From NCBI RefSeq assembly GCF_030028105.1, contig NC_092376.1, positions 160,982,212 through 161,046,211 of the forward strand: DNA of 64,000 nt, given 5' to 3'. A model generated the notes under the pieces. It was given only the letters and a program-made list of their open reading frames with translations, ran no database searches and had not been told where the DNA came from. The position numbers and the translations under genes were made by a program. Positions 12,074 through 25,455 of this stretch are shown piece by piece; the stretch's first letter is position 1; every line of letters begins with the position of its first letter. Origin of the DNA: Mobula birostris. Taxonomy: Eukaryota.

Positions 12074-12330
12074 AGAACTCAAAATGTTGGAGGATCTCAG
12101 AATGCAGTATCCATGGAGGGTAACAAATACTTCTCACTCTGGGCCAAGACACCCCCCAGAAGAACAATAAAGTAAGGGGCCAGAAACCAGAACAAGACAG
12201 TAGGGGAGGAGGAGGGGGAAGAGCAACAGCTGGCAGGTAATAGACAAGACACACAGAGGGTCAAGCAAGTGAGCAGAGGAGGGGAGAATGATGCAAGATG
12301 TCAGGAGGCAACAGGTAGAAAAGTACCAAA
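12074..12330 (-). mobile_element. Old PLE 3' UTR and terminus fragment
   Basis: CAAAATGTTGGAGGATCTCAG...GGCCAAGAC...GCTGGCAGGTAATAG, similar to the other PLE ends. Confidence 0.5.
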
Positions 12331-12589
12331 AAGAGTGATGTCACAGGACGGCAGGTATATTGATAAGTGTCTTCCCAATCTCTTCAAATTATGCAAGGGA
12401 TTTAAATGAGGGGACACAAGTTTGGCAAAGGGGAGAACATTTAAAATAATTAAATCCAACCTGAATAAAAAGAACCGAGATGATTTGGCAGACAATATGT
12501 TGCAGTTACAGCCAGGTGGGAACTGCTGGATTCTATTGTGGTTCAATGACCACATCTGTTGTGTGTTGGTTGCTCAAGGACCTTTGGCA

Positions 12590-12745
12590 TAGATTTAGAC
12601 AATTCGGCTCATGGAGTCTGCTTCACCATTCAATCATGGCTGATTTATTATCCCTCTCAACTCCATTTTCCTATCTTCTCCCCATAACCTTTGAAACCCT
12701 TACTATTCAACAACCTATCGATCTCCACTTAAAATATACCCATAC
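12590..12745 (-). mobile_element. CR1 3' end fragment
   Basis: ATTCAATCATGGCTGATTTATTATCCCTCTCAAC matches the CR1 3' ends near 17900 and 53030. Confidence 0.7.
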
Positions 12746-14560
12746 ATTTGATGAGCTGGAGTCAGAGCTTCAGGTATTGCTCCATATTGGGAGAAAGTTC
12801 CTTGGAGATTGTGTTACAGCACACAGTCACACCTTGTAAATTAATCAATTTGATTTTGGTAAGTAGGCAGGAATAGAAGGTGGCAGAAAGAAGCAGGTGA
12901 AGATCCAGAGGAGGACCCTTAACTTATACCATATCTAGCAGGAACAATGTTCTTTCTTGTCGAGACTGCAGGAAGGATGTGTAAACTGCTCTCAACAGTA
13001 GCATGTGGAGAGGGATGGTGTATAGTTAAATAGAGGAATAAAAGAGAAATGTAACATTGACATGTGGAGCAGTGGTTACAGGACAGGCACTATACTCTGC
13101 AGAAAGGACAGAGAGCTCTGAAGACTGTATAATGTCTCTGCTGCCAGGGTTAGGAACTTGGAGTGGGAGGGGAAGATCCTACAAAGGCACTAATGACATG
13201 TGAAGTTTTGTTGAGGGATTAAGAGTAGCTCTAAGGCAAAAATGAAAAGCAGAACCACAAATTAAGTATTTCTTAATTATTAACTGAGCCATGTACAAAT
13301 TGGCAAAGGAGAAAATAAAATTAACAAAGTGAGATAGATAGTAATTAGTCGAGGGAAAATAACTTACTTGTTACATCATTTCAGAATTTCTAAAATTTTC
13401 TGAGGATATAATGTGCAGAGGGAACTATAGATGTGCTGCATTTAGATATCCAGATGGCATGAAGGTGCCACATTAAAGGGTGCTCAACAAGATAAGTCTC
13501 ACAGCATCAGGGGGAAATCTGTTAAGATGGATTGAAGCCTAGTTTAAACATATAAGGCAGAGAATAAATGAATAATTTTCAACTGGCAAGATGCAACTAA
13601 CAGAGTGTCCCAAAGATCATTTATTTTCCCTCAACTAGTTATGATCCCTATCATTGACTTGAAGGGGGAGTGAAATACACACGTTTTCCGATGATACAAA
13701 AATTAGTTGTAGCTGAGCAGAGATAAGTGAAATGAGTGGGCAAAATCTCAACAAAAGGTGATTAATGTGGGAAAGCTTAAGGTCAATAGATTTAGGAGGA
13801 TCAATCAAAATATGCCTTGCTATATGAATGCTATAGAGAGGCAAGAAAAAAATCCTTAGGTTAGTATTCTTTGCAGTTTAGGTGAATCAGGGATGATCGT
13901 ATTGAATGAGGGGTGATCTTATTTAAATATCATAAGTGGGCATGAGAAGGTAGATGTTGAGGTGTTTTTACAAGTAGAAATGTCTTGAACAGGGTGTGCA
14001 ACAAAGGTGGGGACTGTCATTTAAATCTGAGGTGCATTGGAATTTCATCTCTGTGAGAGTGGTGACTCTACAATTCTCTACTCTAGGGTGCTGTGGAGGC
14101 TAGATCACCGGACATACACTCAGTGGGCACATGCTTTGAGCTGCTGCCACATGATTGGCTGACTATACACCTGCATTAACGAGCAGGCATGCAGATATAC
14201 CTAATAAAGTGGCCATCGAGTGTATATCATCATAAGTGGCATGATAGGGTAGATGTTAAGATGTTTCTACAAGTGGGAAAGTCTTGAGTAAGGGGTGTTA
14301 TAAGAGTGCAGTCAATTAAATGTGAGGGCCTTTGGTTCATTTCAGTGAGGGGTGGTGACTTTCTAGAACCCTCTGCTCTTGGGTTTTGCGGAGGCTCTGT
14401 CACTAGACATATTTAAAAATTATATTGGTAGATAGACGAATGGAGGGCTATATGAAATTGACACAATAGATGAGTTGAGGCCTGAGGCAGATCAGCCATG
14501 ATCAAATTGAATTACGAAGCAGGTGTGAGGGGCCAGATGACCAATTCCTGCTCCTATTTT
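12746..14560 (+). mobile_element. Highly decayed CR1 (ORF1 to 3' end remnants)
   Basis: DELESELQ-like start; remnants of KVPH, VPQGS, FSDDTK; 3' end TCAGCCATGATC...CCTGCTCCTATTTTCTTG. Confidence 0.6.
14117..14222. mobile_element. Tc1/mariner MITE
   Basis: TA-CACTCAGTGG...TAATAAAGTGGCCATCGAGTG-TA, TIRs with TA TSD. Confidence 0.75.
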
Positions 14561-15249
14561 CTTGTGTTTTACTTGTAAGCCATTCACCTTCAAGAAAGGA
14601 TGGCTGTTTACTTTCTTACTGAAGAGCAATTTGGAAGAAGAACACTATATTAGTGAGGAGTTTGATATATTGTTGCCAAGGGAGTAGCAAAGCATTAATC
14701 AAAAATAATCTGAGAAAGAACAGGATTCCCCAGGCAGAGCTGCAAACATGGCAGGTGGTGGACACGGGTATTTTGGTGAGCTGGAAAATTACAGGATGCC
14801 TCTAGCATTTACTTTGTACAGGGAATGGGTGGAGATGTTCCAGAAAGCAGATTTTATCCCTGTGTTCCTGAGGGAGGAAAGAGAATGAAACGATGCAGCC
14901 ATATGTTAAAAAGGAAGTCAATATTATAACCAATAAAAGGACCTGAGATAAATGAGTTCATTGCCATCAGGATTCTGGACATAGTCTCTTCTGAGGATAA
15001 TAGATGAATCTTGACACTTTAGTCAGCTACCTTGTTTTGTTGTGGCCAGAAGAAACAGTAGGCAAACATGATATCAGGTTAAAGTCAAAGAGTGAAAGGT
15101 ACAAATTTCTGAACTCCTTAGGTTAGTAGCTCAGGGATCATTTCATGTGTTTATAAGCAAAAAAAAAACATGCTGGATCTGATGTTGAATGTTGTGGGCA
15201 GAAGAGTCTCCAAAATGGACTGCACAATGCAAAAGAATTTCAATTAGGA

Positions 15250-15565
15250 CGCAGTCCTAATTTCTAGAGAAAAAAGATGAGAAGTTGAAGTAAGAAAGTG
15301 AGGAAGAAATACGAGGTAGTAGGTGATAGGTGAAACCAGGACAAGGGGAGGGGTGAAGGAAAGAGCTGAACAGGCGATTGGTGAAAGAGATAAAGGGCTG
15401 GAGAAGGGGGAATCTGACAGGATAGGGCAGAAGGCCAGAGGACAAAGGGAAGTGGGAGAGCACCCAAAGGAGGTGATGGGCAGGTAAGGAGATAAGGTGA
15501 GAGAGGGAAATGGGAATGGGAAATAGTGAAGGGGGAACAATTACTGGAAATTCGAGAAATCAATG
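15250..15565 (-). mobile_element. PLE 3' UTR fragment
   Basis: Purine-rich tract with GGTGATAGGTGAA and TTACTGGAAATTCGAGAAATCAATG, as at 58441 and 55858. Confidence 0.7.
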
Positions 15566-15949
15566 GCAGGGAGCAAGCCCACAGGAATGGTAATGGTTGT
15601 GTGGTCGTCTCTGCAGCTAAGTCATATGAACATTCCAAACACTTTGATGGGAAAACAGTAGATCATGTGAATGCCAGAGGTCGGAAGGCATTAAGTCAAG
15701 TCGTTGTAAATGATGGGAGATTTTGTTATGACTGTAATGAAAGGTCCTACATTTGTATGACAATTCAGGACAGTCTAGGGTTCTTAACTGCAACTTGATA
15801 AAGATTTTATATACCTATTCAGGTCCCTGTTAAAAGCAATTGATGTGATGGGTGATGGTTTCCATTTACTACTTACTGAAGGTCTAAGATGGAGAACAGT
15901 CCCAATAGGATTCTATTAATGCGGTGGAATCAGACAGTCAAGATTTGGA

Positions 15950-16155
15950 GCAACACACACAAAAAGCTGGAGGAACTCAGCAGGAAAAGAGTAAACAGGT
16001 TGATGCTTCCGGCCAAGATCTGCTGAAGGATCTCGGCTCGAAGCATCGACTGTTTTACTCTTTTCCATAGATGCTGCCTGGCCTGCTGAGTACTTCCAGC
16101 TTTTTGTGTGTGTTGCTTTGGATTTCCAGCATCTGCAGATTTTCTTGTATTTGTG
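15950..16155. mobile_element. Penelope-derived fold-back mini-element
   Basis: Inverted arms GCAACACACACAAAAAGCTGGAGGAACTCAGCAGG / CCTGCTGAGTACTTCCAGCTTTTTGTGTGTGTTGC; TSD AGTCAAGATTTGGA (15936-15949) / AGTCAAGAGTTGGA (16156-16169). Confidence 0.85.
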
Positions 16156-17606
16156 AGTCAAGAGTTGGATTTGGTGATGGTCAAGGTATCTGCTGGTATG
16201 AGACAAAAGATTTGTCAGAAGTAAAAGTTTATTGGAGAAATCAATCACTTTGTACTGGGGCACATAATTGTTTTTGTTTATTTAGTTTACTGCTTCAGTT
16301 GTAAGGACAAGAAAATAAAAAGGATTATGTTTAGCCAAGCTATAATCATTGACTGTGTAAAAATACATTTTGCAAATAATTAGTTTCTCAAAATATCCAT
16401 CTGTATGTAAATAGTCAATTGATAGAATAATTTAATAGGTGTATATAGTTAATGTTAATAAGTGTTAGTTACTTATTAGGGAAAAGCAATGGAGCATATT
16501 GAGTGTGTACATACCTTAAAGAGCTGTAAACGATGTGATAAGACTTTTGAAATTATCAGCCACTGCCACTATTTCAATACTTGTTGCCTTCAAACAAAGA
16601 TATTTGCTTAGAAGCTCTATTTTTTTAATTCTTGAAATAAGACAGAACCTACAGATGCTACAAGTAGATCTTGTTTGGCATTAAAATATGATTGCACTTA
16701 AAAGAACCTAATTTGCTGGGAGATTTTTTTGTTTGTTTTTACAGAGTAACTTTTAGGAAAAATGGCATAAACATGTCACTCCAATATGGTTTTATGGGAA
16801 ATAATTTCACCAAGGGCTACAACAAATGATCCAGGCTGAAACTTGAGCATTCTACAAACAGAAGGTTGTAATGAGAGGTCCTTTGCTGTGAGAAAAGCAC
16901 AGTAAAGCTATCAGATCCCATGGCACCTTTTCAAGGATGAGTGTGATTTACCCATACACGGACACATTCTACCTTCAGCTAAAACCATTAAATCATACAA
17001 TGCTGAATGCAATGACGTTCTTTTTGCCAAATTGAGGGTTGGTGGGTTCAAGGTCAGTAATGGACTAAATTGTGTTGACAGAGCCAGGTTGCGTTGAAAT
17101 AGACACTGCACTTAATTGGATTAATTAATTACTGCTTGATATCATTGAGGTTAAAGAAATTGTCAAAAAACCAACAAATCAAAGTTACTTTTCTTTCAAA
17201 CTTTGGTTACAAACTTCTAGGCTAAAAATCTGAACAGAGATGAGAGAGGCTGGTTATACAACTTGGCCTAAGGAAAAGGGAGATAGAAAACAGAGGTTCT
17301 GCACAGGCAGGTGCTGGATTTGTAATTAACAATGATGCCTATCATTGATCAAAGTGTGGCTTGTGAGATTTACGAATTTAAATCCCTTTTGGTCACCAAC
17401 AGACTGATGAGACAGCATTATATGGGGTAAAGATGTAGCCTAGTGATATCAGTGCCTTCAGCTGAAAGTTTCCATCTAACTGATTAATGCTTTCTATAAA
17501 AAGCCTCTTCACAGTATTAAGATAGGAATGTGACTTCAAAATATTGAGGGTCACCTTCACTATCCTGTGTTGCACATCTGGGGTGAGACCCCCAACTGCC
17601 AAAATC

Positions 17607-17707
17607 ATCTTGAGGTGGATGTGCTACAGCAACATAAGACCACGAACGTACACTCAGTGGCCACTTTATTGGGTACAGGAGGTACATAATAAAGTGTCCA
17701 TTGAGTG
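17607..17707. mobile_element. Tc1 right-end remnant with 57-bp double-TIR hairpin (17651-17707)
   Basis: CACTCAGTGGCCACTTTATTGGGTAC-AGGAG-GTACATAATAAAGTGTCCATTGAGTG. Confidence 0.75.
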
Positions 17708-17899
17708 TGTTCCTAATGGCCAAGGAGGGGCAACCCTCTGGGGCAGAGTTCCAAAGATTTTTCACATTTTAAATGAAAGATGTTTCTTCTCATCTCTGTC
17801 CTAATTGAGTGATTATGATCACCTCATCTTATGCTCCCCGGCCAAAGGATGCAACCTCTTAGCACATATCCATTAAGTCTTCACCAAACATTTGTCTCG

Positions 17900-20520
17900 T
17901 CCATAAGACAGAGGAGCAGAATTAACCACTCGGTCCATCAAGTCTTCTCCGCCATTTCATCATGGCTGATTTATTATCGCTCTCAACTCCATTCTTCCTG
18001 CCTTCTCCCCATAACCTTTTACACCCTGACTAACCAAGAACCTATCAATCTCTGTTTTAAGTATACTCAATGACTTGGCCTCCACAGCCATCTGCGGCAA
18101 AGCAGTCCACAGATTCACCACCCTCTCACCAAAGAAATTCCTCCTTACCTCTGTTCTAAATAGATATCCTTCTATCTGAGACTATGTACTCTGGTCTGGG
18201 ACTCACCCACTATAAGAAATATCCTCTCCACATCCACTCTATCTAGGCCTTTCAACATTTGATAAGTTTCAAGGAGATCCTCCCCTCATTCTTCTAAATA
18301 CCAGTGAGTATAGGCCCAGAGCCATCAAACGTTCCTCATACATTAACCTTTTCATTCCCGGTATCATTCTCAGGAACATCCTGTGGGTCGTCTCTAATGC
18401 CAGTAATCTTTTCTAAGATAAGGGATCCAAACTGCTAACAATATACCAAGTGCACTCTGACCAATGCCTTATAGCTTACAAAGTCACCAGGACATCTTTA
18501 GGGAGTAGTCTCTCAGAAATGCAGCGTCCATTATTAAGAACCTCCAACACCTAGGGCATGCCCTTTTCTCACTGTTACCATCAGGTAGGAGGTACAGAAG
18601 CCTGAAGGCACACACTCAGCGATTCAGGAACAGCTTCTTCCCATCTGCCATCCGATTCCTAAGTGGACATTGAATCTTTGGACACCACCTCACTTTTTTT
18701 TAAAGCAAACAGTATTTCTGTTTTTGCACATTTAAAAAAATCTATTCAATATACACAATTGATTTAATTGTTTATTTATTTTTTTTTCTCTCTGCTAGAT
18801 TATGTATTGCATTGAATTGCTGCTGCTAAGTTAAGAATTTTCACGTCACATGCCAGTGATAATAAACCTGATTCTGATTCTGATAATGCCTCAGCATCAC
18901 ATCCTTCCTCTTATATTCTGGTCCTCTCAAAATGAATGCTAATGTTACATTTTCCTTCCTTGCCATCAACTCAATCTGCAAGTTAACCTTTAGAGAATCC
19001 TGCATAAGGACCCCAAGGTCCCTTTGCACCTCTGATTTTTGAATTTTCTCTATTTACAAGAGTCTGTCTTTATTCCCTCCACTGCGCCTTCCCATATATT
19101 TCCCTATACTATATTGCATCTGCCACTTCTTTGCCCATTCTCTCAATGTGTCTACATTCTTCCGCAGAATCCCAGCTTCCTTAACAGCACCTATCCCTCC
19201 ACCTATCGTTGTATCATCTGCAAACTCAGGTACAAAGCCTACAATTCCATCATCCAAATCATTGATATATAAAATGAAAAGAAGCGGTCCCAACATCAAC
19301 CTTTGAAGAACATCACTAGTCACTGGCAGAAAACTAGAATAGGCCTCCTTTATTCCAACTCTACCTCCTGCCAGTCAGCAAATCTTCTATTCATCCTTTC
19401 CTGTAATATCATGGGCTTTCATCTTGTTCAGCAGTCTCATATACCACCAGGTATCCTGAAGCCTCGTCCTTAATAACTGATTCCAATATCTTCCCACCAC
19501 TAAAGTCAGGATAATGGTCCTAAAATTTACTTTCTTCTGGTTTCCTTCCTTCTTAAAGACTGGAGCGACATCTGCAATTTTTCAGTTCTCCAGAACTATT
19601 CCAGAATCCACTGAAACTTGAAAGGTTATTACTAATGCCTCCGCAATCTCTTCAGTTACCTCTTTCAGAACCTGGGGTGTACACTATCTGGTCCAGGTGA
19701 CTTATAAACCTTCATACCTTCCAGCTTCCCAAGCATTTTCACCTCAGTTGAAGCAACTACACTCACTTCTGCCCTGACACTCTTGAATTTCTGGCACACT
19801 GCTAGTGTCTTCCTCAGTGAGGACTAATGCAAAATACTTACTAAGTTTATCCACCATTTCTTTGTCCCCTATTACTACTTCTCCGGCATCATTTTCCAGC
19901 AGTCCAAAATCCACTCTTGCCTCTTTTTTACCCTTTATATATCTGAATAAACCTTTGGCATCCTCTGTTATTATTGGCCAGTTTACATTCATATTTCAAC
20001 TTTTCTCTCTTTATGGTTTTTAGTTGCTGATAGATGAGACTTTATCTTCTCCCTCTCAAACTGCAGGGAGAATTTTATCATATTATGATCACTGCTTCCT
20101 AAGGGTTCCTTTACCTTAAGCTCCCTAATCAAATCTGGTTCATTACACAACACCCAGTATGGAATTGCCTTCCCCAAGCACAACCACAGGATGCTCTAAA
20201 AAGCCATCTTGTTGGCATTCTTCAAATTCCCTCTCTTAGAATCGAGCACCACCCTCATTTTCCCAATCTACCATTGAAATCCATGACTGTTGTGCCATTT
20301 ACCTATCGTGGCAGTTTCCTCACTCTACCACAAGGATTCTACATCTTCTGAACCTATGTCATCTCTTTCTTTAGATTTGATTTCATTTTTTATCAGCAGG
20401 GCCACCCACCCCCTCTGCTTACCGGCCCGTCCTTTTGATACAAGGTATACCCTTGGATTTTAAACTATGACTTTCTTTCAGCCACAACTCAGTGATGCCC
20501 ACAATACCATACTTGTCACT
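17900..20520 (-). mobile_element. CR1 LINE, degenerate
   Basis: Minus-strand fragments EPLGSSDHNMI, LFRYIKGK, FADDTTIGG, QRDLGVL; CR1 3' end near 17900. Confidence 0.88.
18474..18882 (+). mobile_element. Rex1/Babar-like non-LTR 3' end nested in the CR1
   Basis: Encodes LFSLLPSGRRYRSLKAHTQRFRNSFFPSAIR; tail AATAAACCTGATTCTGATTCTGA. Confidence 0.8.
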
Positions 20521-20672
20521 GGTCCTGGGCAATAGGTCTAAATCTACCCTCTTTTCTGAGAATCAAGCCCACTGCAAGAGGTGTGGGCTATAACTCTGCC
20601 TGTACTCTATTTCACAATTTTTATTCTGTTCTTTATTATTACCTTTCTTCATTACCTCCCCCCCACCATTTC

Positions 20673-21295
20673 CTCTGCGACCACTTCATTAGATACAGAG
20701 GTACCTAGTAAAGTGGCCAGTGAGCATTATTCTGAAATCTGCTCAATTGAACAAAAAATTTCCCAGTCATGAGAAGTTATCAATTTAAATCTGTCTACCA
20801 TTTATCACTGTTAATTTTGTTGGCCTAGATTCCTTGGAATGCTTGAAATCTAATTTACGCTTATCAATTGATGATGTAACTGTGCTTTTAGTCAATATTA
20901 GATTTCAATAAATACTAACAAGAATTGAGTATGTGCAATTTCAAAATGAAAGACAGCCAGTTTAGCAATGAATTATGGATGCCCTTGTTTAACAAGAAGG
21001 GACCAGTGATGCTTGGGATTTTCTCACTCAGTTAACTGTGAATGTTCATAACGATCTGCTGGAGGAACTCAGCAGATTAAACAACATGTGTGAGGAAAAG
21101 AATTGTTGACACTTTAGGACTAAGATGCTGCATCAATTCTGACCTGAAACATGAACAATTTCTTTCCTCCAACAAATGCTGCTTGACCCACTGAGTTCTT
21201 CCAGCAGATTGTGTGTTACTCCAGATTTCAGCATCTGCAACTTACTGTGTCTGATATTCATAACAGAGCTTGACATGCTTGTGTGATGTAATGCA
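20673..21295 (+). repeat. Local direct duplication, copy 1
   Basis: Colinear with 21858-22455, e.g. CAGTCATGAGAAGTTATCAATTTAAATCTGTCT and TTGTTTAACAAGAAGGGACCAG in both. Confidence 0.9.
21053..21251. mobile_element. Older Penelope-derived fold-back mini-element (copy 1)
   Basis: ATCTGCTGGAGGAACTCAG / CTGAGTTCTTCCAGCAGAT inverted arms; decayed TSD TGAATGTTCATAAC / TGATATTCATAAC. Confidence 0.75.
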
Positions 21296-21358
21296 TTTGA
21301 TATTTATAGCACAAAAGCAGGTGACCAGAGTTTTGCAGTACATATCAACTGTGACCTA

Positions 21359-21914
21359 CACTCTGTGGCCACTTAATTCCTTCCTTCCCATACACCTGCT
21401 GGTTAATGCAATTATCCAATCAGCCAATCGCCTGGCAGCAACTCAGTGCATAAAAGCATGCATACATGGTCTAAAAGTTCAGTTGTGGCTCAGACCAAAT
21501 ATCAGAATGGGGAAGAAATGGAATCCAAATCACTTTGACCATGGAATGATTGTTAGTTCCAAACAGTGTGGTTTGAGTAACTCAGGAGATGCTGATCTCC
21601 AGGGATTTTCACATACAATAGTCTCTGGAATTTATAGAAAATGATGCACAGAACAAAAAAAAATTCAGTGGGTGAAAATGCCTTGTTATTGAGAAAGATC
21701 AGCGGAGAATGGCCAGTCCTGTTCAAGGTGTCAAGAAGGCAACAATAACTCAAATAACCGCATGTTAAAACAATGGTTTGCAGAGGAGAATCTCTGAGAG
21801 CACAACACACTGAACCTTGATGTGAATGAGCTGTAGCAGCAGAAGACCATGAACATACACTTTGTGGCCACTTTACTAGGTAAAGGAGGTATCTTATAAA
21901 GTTGTCACTGAGTG
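21359..21914 (+). mobile_element. Non-autonomous Tc1-like DNA transposon
   Basis: TA-flanked TIRs; transposase N-terminal HTH remnant MGKK...FDHGMIV...ADLQGFSHTIVSGIYRK. Confidence 0.85.
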
Positions 21915-22455
21915 TATTTATCAAGTCTGATCAATTAAACAGAAAAAAATTTTCAGTCATGAGAAGTTATCAATTTAAATCTGTCTTCCATTCATCACTG
22001 TTCATTTTGTTAGCCTAGATTCCTTAAAATGATTGGAATCTAACTTACGCTTATCAATTGATGCCATAACTGTTCTCTTAGTCAATATTAGACTTCAAGA
22101 AATACTAACAAGAATTGAATATGTTTCAAAATCAAAGGAAGCCAGTTTAGGAATGAATTATGGATGTCTTGTTTAACAAGAAGGGACCAGCGATGCCTGG
22201 GATTTTCTCACTCAGATAACTGTGAATGTTCATAACAAATTACTAGAGGAACTCAGTGGTTTGAGCAGTGTAGGGAAAAGAATTGTTGATGTTTTAAGTT
22301 GAAATGCTGCATCAGTTCTGACCTAATTGTCAAGAATTACTTTCCTCTAACAGATGCTGCTCGACCTGTTGATTTCCTCCAGTAGAAAGTGTGTTGCTTT
22401 GCGGTCTCTTGTGTTGAATGTTCATAACAGAGTTTGACGTGCTTGTGGTGTAATA
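21858..22455 (+). repeat. Local direct duplication, copy 2
   Basis: Same Tc1 hairpin, unique segment and PLE fold-back as copy 1; ends where the Rex1 fragment starts. Confidence 0.9.
22238..22414. mobile_element. Older Penelope-derived fold-back mini-element (copy 2)
   Basis: Perfect 15-bp TSD TGAATGTTCATAACA at 22223-22237 and 22415-22429. Confidence 0.78.
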
Positions 22456-25455
22456 CCAGTTGAGGTTAGAGACTGATTCGGATGCGTGTCAGCTCTGGCA
22501 GGGTTTGCAAGCCATTAGCACCTGCAAGGAGAAATCTAACATGATGAATGGCTGTGATGCTTCACTCCCAGATGAGCATAGTGCCTTTTATGGATGCTTT
22601 AAAAGGGGAGAGCAAAACTACACCTGTGCAAATCCCTGAAACATCTGGTGGCCCTGTGTCCCTGTCTCAGAGGCTGACATCAAAATATCTTTCAAGAGGG
22701 TGAACCCTTGTAAGGCATCAGGCCCTGATGGTGTATCTGCTAGGGCTCTGAAAACCCATGCCAACCTATTGGTGGGAGCGTTCAAGGAAATCAGCAAGCT
22801 CTCACCTGTGCAGTCTGAAGTCCCCACCTGTTTTAAAAGGGCAACGATCATACGAGCACCCGAGAAGAGGAAGCTGCCTCAGTGCCCAGTGGTACTCACA
22901 TTTACAGTGATGAAAAGCTTTGGGAGGTTGGATATGGCTAGAATCAAATCCTGTCTAATCAAGGACCTGGACCCACTGCAATTTGCTTATCAGTACAATC
23001 GATCTTCAGCAGATGTAATCTCACTGGCTCTCCACTCGGTTATGGATCAACTGGACAATAGTAATATCTACATAAGGCTGTTGTTTATTCATTGCAGCTT
23101 ATCATTCAACAATATCGTACCCTCAGTTCTAATCAACAAGCTACAAAACCTGGGCCTCTGTACGTTCCTTTGCAACTGGATCCTTGACTTCTTTACTGGG
23201 AGAGCACAGTCTATACTGTTCGGAAATAGCATCTGCTCCTCGCTGACGATCAACACTGACAAACCTCATGGATATGTGCTTACCCACTGCTCTACTCTAC
23301 CTACACCCATGACTGTGTGGCTACGAATAGCTCAGATTTGCTGATGACACAACTATTGTTGGCAGAATTTCAGATGGTGATGAGGAGACGTACAGGAGTG
23401 AGATAGATCAGCCGGTTGAGTGGTGTCATAATGACAACCTTGCACTCAACATCAGTAAGACCAAGAAATTTATTGTAGACTTAGGAATGGGAAGTCGAGG
23501 GAACACATGCCAGTCCTCATCAAGGGATCAGCAGTGGAAAGGGGGAGCAGTTGCAAGTTCCTGGTTTACAACATCTTTTGAAGATCTATCCTGGGTCCAA
23601 CATATTGATGCAATTACAAAGAAGTCACAACAGTGGCTGTATTTCATTGGGAGTTTGATCAAAGACTCTAACTAAGTGTTGATGGCACTACACTGATTGG
23701 CCTAATCTCAGATAATAATGAGGCATCCTAAAAAGAGGAAGTCATCACCTTGACACAGTGGTGTCAAGTAAACAACCTCTCCCTCAATGTCGCAAAAACA
23801 AAGGAGCTGGTTGTGGACTACAGGAGGAATGGGGACAGGCCAACTCCTATTGACATCAATGGATCTAGGTTGAGAGAGTAAACAGCTTTAAGTTCCTCGA
23901 CATAAACATCATCAAGGATCTCACATGGTCTGTACATATCGGCTGTGTGGTGAAAAAGGCACAACAGCGCCTCTTTCACCTCAGACGGTTGAGGAAGTTT
24001 GGTATGGCCCCCAAGATTCTAAGAACTTTCTATAGGGGCATGATTGAGAGCATCCTGACTGGCTGTATCACTGCCTAGTATGGGAACTGTACTTCCCTCA
24101 ATCGCAGGACTCTGCAGAGAGTGGTGCAGACAGCCCAGCACATCTGTAGATGTGGACTTCCCAGTATTCAGGACATTTTACAAAAGTCTGGTGTGTAAAA
24201 GGGGCCCAAAGGATCATTGGAGACCCGAGCCACCCCAACCACAAACTGTTCCAGCTGCTACCACCCAAGAAATGGTACCGCAGCATAAAAGCGAGTACCA
24301 ACAGGCTCCGGGACAGCTTCTTCCACCAGGCCATCAGACTGAATAATTCATTCTGACACAACTGTATTTCTATGTTATATTGACTCTCCTGTTGTACATA
24401 ATATTCATTACAAATTACTATAATTGCACATTTGAACAGAGACATAACATAATTTTTGCTCCTCATGTATACGAAGGATGTAAGTAATAAAGTCAATTCA
24501 ATTGACATCAATACCATGGAGAGCATTCTAACTGGTTACATCACTGTCTCACTGCACAGGATCAGCAGTTGTAAAAACTAGCTTCATCATGGGCACTAGC
24601 TGCCCAAGCATCAAGAATTCCTTCAAAAGGCATGCCTCAAGATGTTGTCATCCATCGTTAAGGACCCCCATCACCCAGGAAATGCTCCCTTCTCATTGCT
24701 ACAATCAAAGAGGAGGTACAGAAGTCTGAAGACACACACTCAGCTCTTCAGAAACAACTTCTTCCCTCTGCCATCAGATTTCTGTTTGGGCAATGACACA
24801 TTGAACACTATTTCACTATTATTTTTCCTTTCTTTTTGCACTATTTTGTTAATATAATAGAGGAAATTGACTGGCTGCGTTGAAACCTGGTATGGAAACA
24901 CCAAAGCCCTTGAGTGGAAAATCCTACAAAACATAGTGGATATAGTCCATCACGGCTAAAGTCCTCCCCACCGCTGAACATATCGACATGAAGCATCATT
25001 GCAGGAATGCAGCATCCATCATCAGGGATCCCACCACCCGAATCATGTCTCTACTCACCGTTGTCATCAGGAGGGAGGTGCAGGAGCCTCAGAACTCACA
25101 CCACCAATTTCAGGAACCCCTCAACAATCAGGCTCTTGAAACCAAATGGGATAACCTCACTCAGCCTCATGTACCCATAAGTGAAATGTTCCCACAACCA
25201 ATAGACTCAAATTCAAGGACTCTTCATCTCATGTTCTCAATATTTAGTGCTTATTTATTTGTTACTTCTTTCTTTTTGCATTGGCGGAGGTTGTTGTATT
25301 GGTCGAGCACCCAAGTTGGTGTGGCCTTTCACTGATTCTATTATAGTTATTATTTTAGTATGGCTTTATTGAATATGCCTGCAAGAAAATGAATCTCAGG
25401 GTTGTAAATGATGACATATATGTACTTTGATAATAAATTTACTTTGAACTTTGAA
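22456..25455 (+). mobile_element. Cluster of at least three nested or adjacent Rex1/Babar-like non-LTR fragments
   Basis: KASGPDGV, PTCFKRATI, LDPLQFAY, LCNWILDF (22700..23344); second copy about 23676-24503 with tail AATAAAGTCAATTCAATT; further 3' ends to about 24860 and 25455. Confidence 0.85.
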
